A stretch of DNA of 64,000 bases from an uncultured Candidatus Saccharibacteria bacterium (GTDB lineage Bacteria > Patescibacteriota > Saccharimonadia > Saccharimonadales > Saccharimonadaceae): assembly GCA_964616255.1 (NCBI GenBank), contig CAZTQW010000006.1:2389-66388 (forward strand). Direction: 5' to 3'. A program made the translations under genes and the position numbers. Within the stretch, counting starts at the first letter, position 1. Every line of letters begins with the position of its first letter. The notes under the pieces are model-generated. The model had not been told where the DNA came from. It did not search any database and saw only the letters and a program-made list of their open reading frames with translations. This document shows, in pieces, positions 31,018 through 38,981 of this stretch.

Positions 31018-33015
31018 TTATTTGCCATGCACAAAATCCACAATAATTTGGGCTACTTTTTCTTTGCCTGCCAAGGCATTAATGCACAGATCATAATTCT
31101 CTGGTCTCCCCCATCTTTGTCCGGAAATCAGTTCGTAATATTCAGATCGTTTACGATCAGATTGCTCCATATTTTTTCGAGCTGCCTTTGCGTCGTCGCA
31201 GTACATTTCTTGAATATTTTTTATCCGGTATTGTTCTGGAGCATAAATATGCACTCGCACAACTTCTGGAAAATTACGCAGGACGTAATCAGCAGCTCGA
31301 CCAACAATTACACAGCTTCCTTGCTTAGCAATCTCTTTTAAAATTACGTCTTGAGCTTCAATGGCATATTTAGCTGGTGAAGTTGTCAAATAAAGTTCGT
31401 GTAAAACTTCTTGCTCATCATTACTGTTAACTTTATTAATATAATCTTTGGTCAAACCACTTTTCTCGGCCGCCAATGCTGTCAGCTCTTTGTAATAATA
31501 CGGAATGTTTAATTCTTTTGCAACCAACTCGCCAATCTTTTTGCCTTGGGAACCATGTTGACGCGAAATTGTGATAATAGGACCAGGATGCGAAGTTTGA
31601 ATCGCTGCATCTTCTGTTGTAGACCTTGCCACAGTATCCAAACGACGGAAATATGCAATCGCCAAAGTAGAAGCGATAATGATACCAATCACATCTGCTA
31701 CTGGCGCCGCCCAAAGAATACCATTAATATTATTCATGATGCGCGGCAGTATTAATACCAATGGAACAAAGAGAATAATATCGCGCGATAGTGAGACAAT
31801 GGCAGCCCTAAGTGGTTCACCAACAGCTTGAAAGAAAATTGAAATTACCTTAATGCCACAAGTAAACGTAATCAACATGAGAAAAATCCGGAAGGTCAGA
31901 GTTGCAAACTGCATATACAACTCAGGATTCTCGGAGTTAGAGCCGAAGATGCGGATAATTGGCTCTGGGCAAAATTCAAAAATAATTGTAGCGACTAGAC
32001 CAACAATCACTGTAGCTATCATGCATTTGCGGAAAGTTTCACGCACGCGTGCTGTGTTACCAGCACCGATATTGAAGCCAAGTATTGGTTGCGCACCAAT
32101 AATAATGCCCATCGCGATGCTCAAGACAATGGTAAACACCTTCATACAGATACCGATGATTGCTAATGGATCATTTGCACCGTATTCAGAGTTTGCTCCG
32201 TAAATGGCGAGCATTTTGTTACAAACCATGGAAATAACTACGATGGATAGCTGCGTGATTAAGGTGGAGATTCCGAGCTTTACGATATTGCTCATGACTT
32301 GACTTTGTGGCTTGAAGCTAGCAAGAGAAAGTTTAAAAGTTTTAGTACGAGTAAGGTAAATAATCGAAATAATGAGAGTTACAATTTGACCGGTAATGGT
32401 GGCCCAGGCGGCACCTTGAATGCCCCAGTTGAGTGCAAAGATAAAAATCGGATCGAGAATAATATTAGTGATCGCTCCCGCGACAGTAGCAATCATAGCA
32501 AAAGCTGGTGAACCATCGGCGCGAATCACCGAATTTAGCATGTAGCCCAACATATAAACTGGGAAAAAACTTAAAATGATAAAGAAATACTGCCTAGCAT
32601 AAACAATGTTATCTGCACTGGCTCCAAATAGCCCTAAAATTTGGTCTGCAAAAACAAATCCTAGTACCACTAAAACAATGCTAATCAAAAACGTGATGAG
32701 CGCACTGCCACCAACGGCATGATGTGCGTTCTTCGTATCTTTGCGCCCTTGGCAAATCGATAGAAAGGCAGCGGTACCATCGCCGAACATACCCGAAAGT
32801 GCCACTGCGGCTAAAGTCAGTGGAAACACAATTGAAGTAGCTGCGTTACCGACGGCTCCCAGGCCCTCAGCTGTACCATGTCCAATAAAGATTTGGTCAA
32901 CGATATTATAAAGTGACGTAATTAATAGTGCTAAAATGCACGGTATAGAAAATTCTAATAACAATTTTGAGATTTTTGCTTGACCAAGATATTTATTGTC
33001 TTTTCCACTATCCAT
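31018..33015 (-). CDS. MATE family efflux transporter fused to a C-terminal cytidylate-kinase-like domain
   Basis: LYNIVDQIFIG, IRADGSP, NIILDPIFIF (MATE), followed by ITISRQHGSQGKKIG...GSCVIVGRAADYVL. Confidence 0.9.
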   Translation of the reverse strand: MDSGKDNKYLGQAKISKLLLEFSIPCILALLITSLYNIVDQIFIGHGTAEGLGAVGNAATSIVFPLTLAAVALSGMFGDGTAAFLSICQGRKDTKNAHHAVGGSALITFLISIVLVVLGFVFADQILGLFGASADNIVYARQYFFIILSFFPVYMLGYMLNSVIRADGSPAFAMIATVAGAITNIILDPIFIFALNWGIQGAAWATITGQIVTLIISIIYLTRTKTFKLSLASFKPQSQVMSNIVKLGISTLITQLSIVVISMVCNKMLAIYGANSEYGANDPLAIIGICMKVFTIVLSIAMGIIIGAQPILGFNIGAGNTARVRETFRKCMIATVIVGLVATIIFEFCPEPIIRIFGSNSENPELYMQFATLTFRIFLMLITFTCGIKVISIFFQAVGEPLRAAIVSLSRDIILFVPLVLILPRIMNNINGILWAAPVADVIGIIIASTLAIAYFRRLDTVARSTTEDAAIQTSHPGPIITISRQHGSQGKKIGELVAKELNIPYYYKELTALAAEKSGLTKDYINKVNSNDEQEVLHELYLTTSPAKYAIEAQDVILKEIAKQGSCVIVGRAADYVLRNFPEVVRVHIYAPEQYRIKNIQEMYCDDAKAARKNMEQSDRKRSEYYELISGQRWGRPENYDLCINALAGKEKVAQIIVDFVHGK

Positions 33016-33316
33016 TTTGTCTCCTTTTGAATTCTAACATTTTGCCCAGTTGCGGAAAAGCACACAGTCTAACAATTATATGCTTTCTGGAAGATTACAA
33101 GCTGGGTTAATTCTTTATATTCTACTCAAGTCTGAAAATCGCGGCAAGTTGTGAATTTTACAACATTTTTTTCATTTTATTATTAACCAATGCCGCGACT
33201 ACTGATTTTGCGATCATTTTGATGTGGTATTTTTAGAAAAAAGTGGTATAATGAAAGATGGTGTCTTATACAGTACCTTATGAATTCGTTATATTAATCG
33301 TCTCGGATTTTTAGAT

Positions 33317-33368
33317 TATCTGGCAGTACTAGGGCTGGGAGAGTTCCTGTTTCTAGTACTGCTAGATA
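33317..33368 (+). promoter_or_regulatory. 16-bp stem hairpin in a 5' UTR
   Basis: TATCTGGCAGTACTAG / CTAGTACTGCTAGATA (one G-T pair), between TGGTATAAT (about 33244) and the GGAGG SD of ORF 33399. Confidence 0.7.
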
Positions 33369-33398
33369 GCAGAAATAAATATAGAGGAGGCATTTATA

Positions 33399-34064
33399 AT
33401 GAAAAATGCGCAAAAACAAACTGTTGGTACAAGTGACAAGGATACTAGTCCGAAACGTAGCTGGAACTTCTTTCCTAAGACAGCTAAGGAAATACCGCCA
33501 GTGAATGTGCTGCAGGAGTGGGGGAGAAAAAATCTGCAGTATATGGTCAAATATTGGGAAACGGTTTTAGCCAAAGGTGGTCATGCCACTGCTTGCTTAC
33601 TCCCGACCGACGTCATATGTCAGCTCACACAAAATATCGGGCAGGCCTTGATTTTGGCAGATGACGCATTTCCGTTGATTCCCGATCTGAGATTAGAAGA
33701 TAATTGGGTGGAAATTGGAGAGACCTTGATTTCATACGAGATTATCTGTGAGGCTGGGGCGCAGTATCGTAAGCTGAAACCTTATCCGGCAACCATACTG
33801 GGCTTCACAAAGTCCGAGCTGCCACCCGAGACTCGAGAGATTGAGCTTCAGATCGTCGAGAAAGATGCAGATTGTGGCTTTGATCAGGTGGTATACGATC
33901 TGTATTCGCCGTATATCATGAAAAATGCTGAAGTAGCATACTTCAGCTCGTATCCGGATGCGATTACTGTATGGTCAGATCTTTGCGGCATCTTTTACCA
34001 TGCTTTTCGCTTGAATAGCGAAATGAAAGGTGTATTAAGACGGTACTTTAACGCAGAGGCATAG
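33399..34064 (+). CDS. Orphan hypothetical protein (221 aa)
   Basis: GGAGG SD, own promoter and downstream terminator; no family recognised. Confidence 0.75.
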   Translation: MKNAQKQTVGTSDKDTSPKRSWNFFPKTAKEIPPVNVLQEWGRKNLQYMVKYWETVLAKGGHATACLLPTDVICQLTQNIGQALILADDAFPLIPDLRLEDNWVEIGETLISYEIICEAGAQYRKLKPYPATILGFTKSELPPETREIELQIVEKDADCGFDQVVYDLYSPYIMKNAEVAYFSSYPDAITVWSDLCGIFYHAFRLNSEMKGVLRRYFNAEA

Positions 34065-34083
34065 ATTATATAACGGATTTTCG

Positions 34084-34111
34084 AGTCCCGGCTGAACAGT
34101 CGGGACTTTTT
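34084..34111 (+). terminator. Intrinsic terminator
   Basis: AGTCCCGGCT-gaac-AGTCGGGACT followed by TTTT. Confidence 0.85.
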
Positions 34112-35897
34112 AATCGCGCTTAAGCATTACCGTAAAAGCTTCACTAGGAATATCAATTTTGCCAAAACGTTTCATACGAGCTTTACCGCGTTTTTGTTTT
34201 TCTAGTAATTTGGCCTTACGATCGCGATCGCCAGTATGGATCTTTACAGTCACATCTTTGCGATAAGCACCGATGGTCTCTCGCGCAATAATCTTTGCTC
34301 CAATCGCCGCTTGCAGAGCCACCTCGTAATTTTGACGAGGAATAACTTCTTTAAGTTTTTTTGTAATTTCCCTGCCTAGAGCATCAGCTTCGCTGCGATG
34401 GCACATGAGGCTAAGTGCGTCCATACGATTCCCGGCCACCAGAAAATCCAAACGCACCAAATCCTCTGGACGATAATCGCAGAGTTCGTAATTAAAACTG
34501 GCATAGCCCGAAGTGATACTCTTAAGTTGATCATAGAAGTCCGTAAGTAAATTTGCCATAGGCGCTTCAAAATCAATCACGGCACGATCCTCAATATAAC
34601 TCAAGTTGGTTTGGTGGCCGCGCTTTTCGTTAATCAGATTCAGCACCCCGCCAATCATATTCTGCGGTAAGATAATTTCGCCCTTGACCCACGGTTCGCG
34701 AATTTCGAGAATGCTTGATTGATCTGGCAAGTCAGCCGCCGAGCGAATGTTTAATTCCTCACCGGCCGCAGTCGTCACTTCGTAATTGGTTGATGGGTTG
34801 GTGATGATTAAATCGAGATTGAATTCGCGCTCTAAGCGCTCTTTGATGATATCCATATGTAGCAATCCCAAAAATCCAATGCGCAGGCCAAAGCCTAGGA
34901 CAGGAGAATTTTCCGGTTCGTAGACCAGCGCTGAATCGGACATTGCTAGCTTTTCGACAGCCTCTTTGAGGTCATCATATTGGTCGTTAGAAACAGGAAA
35001 GAAACCGGCATAGACAAAAGGCAAGACGTTTTTGTAACCGGGAAGAGGCTGCTCGGCGGGAGCTTTAGCCAAGGTGATAGTATCGCCAACCTTAGCCTCA
35101 CGCGTAGTTTTGAGATTGGTCACGATATAGCCAATAGCACCTTCATCAAGAAAATCTCTGGGGCTCATTTTGGGAGTTAATACCCCTACTTCTAAGGCTA
35201 GGCCATTAACTTCCGCAGCCATCATGCGAATTTCGTCGCCCTTCATCAACTTGCCGGCAAAAATCCGCACATAGAGCACCACCCCACGATAATCATCAAA
35301 GTAGGAATCGAAAATCAGGGCACGCAGTTTGGGCGCAGTTTCAAGTTTGGAGCCTCGGGGAGCGGGAGCCCTTGTGACAATTGCATCTAGAATTTCGGTG
35401 ACACCTTGGCCAGTTTTGCCGGAAGCCAGGATAATTTCTTCGCGCGGGCAACCAAGAAGATTAATAATCTGCGCACTAACTTTTTCCACGTCCGCAGCTG
35501 GCAGGTCTACCTTATTGATGACAGGAATAATGTATAAATCTTGTTCTAGGGCTAGGTAGACATTAGCTAAAGTTTGTGCTTGAATTCCCTGAGTAGCATC
35601 AACTACTAGTACCGCAGTCTCGACGGCCTGGAGCGAACGCGAAACTTCGTAAGAAAAATCAACGTGCCCGGGAGTATCTATTAAGTTGAGCTCGTAGCCG
35701 CGCAAGTGCATTTGTACAGGAGTAAGTTTGATCGTAATACCCTTTTCGCGCTCAAGCTCCATCGAGTCTAGCAACTGAGACTTCATCTCACGTTTAGAGA
35801 CAGTACTAGTCAGCTCCATCATACGATCGGCAATGGTTGACTTGCCGTGGTCGATATGAGCAATAATGCAGAAATTACGAATTTTATCGGGGTCCAT
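34110..35897 (-). CDS. lepA: Elongation factor 4 (LepA)
   Basis: IRNFCIIAHIDHGKST, EREKGITIK, LIDTPGHVDF, GFLGLLHMDI, KLLEKQKRGK; start corrected to ATG 35897. Confidence 0.98.
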   Translation of the reverse strand: MDPDKIRNFCIIAHIDHGKSTIADRMMELTSTVSKREMKSQLLDSMELEREKGITIKLTPVQMHLRGYELNLIDTPGHVDFSYEVSRSLQAVETAVLVVDATQGIQAQTLANVYLALEQDLYIIPVINKVDLPAADVEKVSAQIINLLGCPREEIILASGKTGQGVTEILDAIVTRAPAPRGSKLETAPKLRALIFDSYFDDYRGVVLYVRIFAGKLMKGDEIRMMAAEVNGLALEVGVLTPKMSPRDFLDEGAIGYIVTNLKTTREAKVGDTITLAKAPAEQPLPGYKNVLPFVYAGFFPVSNDQYDDLKEAVEKLAMSDSALVYEPENSPVLGFGLRIGFLGLLHMDIIKERLEREFNLDLIITNPSTNYEVTTAAGEELNIRSAADLPDQSSILEIREPWVKGEIILPQNMIGGVLNLINEKRGHQTNLSYIEDRAVIDFEAPMANLLTDFYDQLKSITSGYASFNYELCDYRPEDLVRLDFLVAGNRMDALSLMCHRSEADALGREITKKLKEVIPRQNYEVALQAAIGAKIIARETIGAYRKDVTVKIHTGDRDRKAKLLEKQKRGKARMKRFGKIDIPSEAFTVMLKRD

Positions 35898-35952
35898 AAG
35901 TATAATTATAACACATTTTGGCAGCTTGGAGCATACTAGTATTTTCGCATCT

Positions 35953-35970
35953 TTCGTCTGTAGCGGGTAG
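35953..35970 (+). repeat. C4: decayed 5' end of the cassette family
   Basis: TTCGTCTGTAGCGGGTAG versus TTCGTCCGTAGCGGGTGG (16/18); located in the lepA-tilS intergenic gap. Confidence 0.55.
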
Positions 35971-36021
35971 CTGCGTCCGGAGGACTTTATAATAGTTGGC
36001 GACATGATATAATCGGTCTTA

Positions 36022-36966
36022 ATGAAAGTTATATTGGCGGTTTCTGGCGGGGTGGATTCGATGGTAATGCTAGATCTTTTTATGCATCATGTGAATAATT
36101 CTGATAATTGTTATTCATCTGGTGATATAATTGTTGCTCATTTTGATCACGGCATACGCGAGAATTCAGTCCTTGACGCAGAATTCGTCCGACATACATC
36201 TTTAGCGTATGGTTGCAAATTTTATCTTGGGCAGGCTAAACTTGGCGACCAGGCTTCTGAGGCTATGGCTCGCGAAAACCGTTATAATTTTCTTCGTCAG
36301 CTTGCCGTCGAGCAAAGCGATGATGGGCAGCCGGTGCAAATCGCGACTGCGCATCATCTGAACGATTTAGCAGAAACCGTTATCGTAAATTTTCTGCGTG
36401 GTACCGGCTGGCGCGGACTAGCCGCCTTAGATAGCTCCGGCATTCTGCGGCCGTTTCTTGAGCCAAACTTCTTTGCTAATATTACAAATCATGAAATTTG
36501 GAGCAAACAAGACATTCTGCGTTATGCTGGCGAGCATCAAATTGTTTTTCGCGAGGATCAGTCTAATTCATCTGATGCATATTTGCGTAACCGCATACGT
36601 CAACAAATGAATAATTCTATTAACTTTGAAAAAATTTTTCAACTCTGGAAACAACAGAAGGATCTGAAAAAAGCGATTGATCAGACCATAGATGGTCTTT
36701 TGCTGCCAGATAATTCTGAGTGGCCAAGAACGTGGTTTCAGAATTTAGATCAGGATATGCTTGATCGAGAAGTTGCTTTGGAGCTTTTGCGGGCTGGAAC
36801 TTTGCAGGTCGGTATTTCGGCTACTCGCCCGCAACTGGAAAATTTGCGTCAAGCAATTTTAAGTTATAAGCCGGGGAAATATTTTAATTTACCAGGAGAT
36901 AAATTAGTGAAGATGAAAAAGAATTCATTTGCTTTATCTGAAGAATCACTTATGGCTGGGCAATAG
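36022..36966 (+). CDS. tilS: tRNA(Ile)-lysidine synthetase
   Basis: LAVSGGVDSMV, AHFDHGIR, ARENRYNFL, TAHHLNDLAET, LRNRIR. Confidence 0.95.
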   Translation: MKVILAVSGGVDSMVMLDLFMHHVNNSDNCYSSGDIIVAHFDHGIRENSVLDAEFVRHTSLAYGCKFYLGQAKLGDQASEAMARENRYNFLRQLAVEQSDDGQPVQIATAHHLNDLAETVIVNFLRGTGWRGLAALDSSGILRPFLEPNFFANITNHEIWSKQDILRYAGEHQIVFREDQSNSSDAYLRNRIRQQMNNSINFEKIFQLWKQQKDLKKAIDQTIDGLLLPDNSEWPRTWFQNLDQDMLDREVALELLRAGTLQVGISATRPQLENLRQAILSYKPGKYFNLPGDKLVKMKKNSFALSEESLMAGQ

Positions 36967-38026
36967 CTGCGTAATATTCTTCCAAAGTCAGATTCTCGGC
37001 ACTGATAGCTTGGGCGGCTTCATCACCAACGTAGCGCAAATGCCAGGCTTCAAAGTCGTATCCAGTCAGTTCAACTTTGTCTTCGGGATAACGCAAAATA
37101 AAACCGAATTCTGTTGCATGATTAGCCAGCCAGTCAGCAGCCGGAAGATTTGCAAAATTAGTCGTGGTGGCACCTGGCACAAACACATCAATAGCATAAC
37201 CCGTCTGATGCTCAGAAAATCCTGGCTTGGCTGCGTAATTCGGCGCCTCTGCTTCCCCCACCTGTTCAGCCCAACTCTGGAAGACTAATGCTTGGTCTTC
37301 ATAGCTACGATAACCAGAGGTAACGTAGAGTTGAAAACCCGCCGAGAGGGCTGCGGCATACAACTCCTCGAATTTTTCATAGGCTGTACTCTGCATGGTC
37401 AGACCGGGAGTGCCATATGCGGCGCTAATCGTAGTTAGATCTGGCACGAAATCCGCTTCAAGATAATAATATTTATTAACCAAGATAAGCGAGCCATACT
37501 CGAGTACTGCAGGCTGAGTATGGGTATAAAATTCGTAGTCGCGATTAGCATTGACTAAAGAAACTATTTGGCTACTAGATATAGCGGTTGACTCGTTAGT
37601 AATCTGAGAGTTTTCGAGCTGAGCAAAATAACGTTCTTTACGATCAGAAAGATAGTATGGTTCTTGCATAATCTGCAACATAGCCAGGGAGTAAATACGA
37701 TCAGGCTCAAAATCCCGATGATTTACCAATGCGACTGTTTCAGCACTATTCAAAGGGTTCTTCTCCAAGGCTAGTAGGTAGGTATCGAGCTTGGACTCGT
37801 CAAAATTAGTATCTCGGATAAGGTTGACAAAATCGTCATGGTGCGCATGCGCTAAGACTACATTAAGACTCTCGGGGTTAACTTTTTCGAGAATAACTGC
37901 ACTGTCCTGCGCAGAGTAACCGTGGCGCTGCAATTTTTGAGCGGGCGAAAAGTAATGAAAGGCTATACCTATGAGAGAGCTTATCAATAAGACCGAAATT
38001 CCAGTAGCTAACCAGGATTTTTTCAT
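36950..38026 (-). CDS. Membrane-anchored D,D-carboxypeptidase (VanY/M15B family)
   Basis: SGYRSYEDQ, PGFSEHQTGYAID (SxHxxGxAxD), EAWHLRYVG; N-terminal anchor. Confidence 0.9.
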   Translation of the reverse strand: MKKSWLATGISVLLISSLIGIAFHYFSPAQKLQRHGYSAQDSAVILEKVNPESLNVVLAHAHHDDFVNLIRDTNFDESKLDTYLLALEKNPLNSAETVALVNHRDFEPDRIYSLAMLQIMQEPYYLSDRKERYFAQLENSQITNESTAISSSQIVSLVNANRDYEFYTHTQPAVLEYGSLILVNKYYYLEADFVPDLTTISAAYGTPGLTMQSTAYEKFEELYAAALSAGFQLYVTSGYRSYEDQALVFQSWAEQVGEAEAPNYAAKPGFSEHQTGYAIDVFVPGATTTNFANLPAADWLANHATEFGFILRYPEDKVELTGYDFEAWHLRYVGDEAAQAISAENLTLEEYYAAIAQP

Positions 38027-38077
38027 AGCTTTATTATAACATGTGCTATAATAGCAATATCTAAAGTGGAGTTTATC

Positions 38078-38914
38078 ATGATTAAGAAAGCAATTATTCC
38101 GGTAGCTGGTTGGGGTACTCGTAGATTGCCAATTACGAAGATTATTGAGAAGTCAATGCTCCCCGTGGGGAATCGACCTCTGGTAGATTATTCTGTGCAA
38201 GAGCTAATCCGGGCGGGAGTAACTGATATATATATGGTGATATCCAATGTTGAACCTTGCCAGGTAAAGTCGTTTTATCGGGATAATTTGGCTCTGAATC
38301 AATACCTAATCGATCGTGGCAAAGCCGATCGCCTGGAGCTAGCCAAGACTCTCCCAGAAAACGTTAAAATCCATTATGTGACTCAGGATCCGGCGGGTAA
38401 GTATGGCACCGCGGTACCAATAGCTATGGTAGTCGAGGAGTATTCAATTAATGAGCCGGTTTTGGTGTTTATGGGTGATGATTTCGTTTGGAACCCTGAA
38501 GGAGAGTCGGCCAGCGAATCTCTTCTCCAATCAATCCAAAGTGATGACGAATCGGCTATTCTTGGGGTAGAAGTTGAGCCCAAACAAGTCGATAAGTATG
38601 GAGTTTTATCGGTTGAAGATGGTAAATTAACTGGCATCGTAGAAAAACCAGCTGTCGACGAAGCTCCTTCTAATTTAGTCAATGTTAGCAAATACATTAT
38701 GTCACCAAAGTTACTCCAAGAAATCGTCGAATACGTGAATGCGAATGATTTTGGGCCAATGGATCAAGAATATTTGGTCACGGATCCAATTGCCAGCTAT
38801 TTACAACATGGAGGTACTATGCGAGTGGCACCTACTAATGGAGAGTTTCTCGATGGAGGGAGTGTAGAAGGTTGGCTCCATGCTAATAATGTCGTATGTG
38901 GGTATCAGGGTTAA
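38078..38914 (+). CDS. Sugar-phosphate nucleotidyltransferase, GalU-like copy 2
   Basis: KAIIPVAGWGTRRLPITK, GTAVPI, VFMGDD, IVEKP; the ORF track starts at GTG 38066. Confidence 0.85.
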   Translation: MIKKAIIPVAGWGTRRLPITKIIEKSMLPVGNRPLVDYSVQELIRAGVTDIYMVISNVEPCQVKSFYRDNLALNQYLIDRGKADRLELAKTLPENVKIHYVTQDPAGKYGTAVPIAMVVEEYSINEPVLVFMGDDFVWNPEGESASESLLQSIQSDDESAILGVEVEPKQVDKYGVLSVEDGKLTGIVEKPAVDEAPSNLVNVSKYIMSPKLLQEIVEYVNANDFGPMDQEYLVTDPIASYLQHGGTMRVAPTNGEFLDGGSVEGWLHANNVVCGYQG

Positions 38915-38981
38915 ATAAAGTGTTATTCATCTGGTGATATAATTTTTAGCAGATTTTTCGGTTCTATGATATAATGAGTAT

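Noticed and set aside
26491-31046. ORF-track calls 26491-26817, 27077-27412 and 30777-31046 as real genes
   Set aside because: Their N-termini run through a promoter, a terminator or use a weak TTG start with no SD; homology starts abruptly at FVR. They are treated as cassettes.
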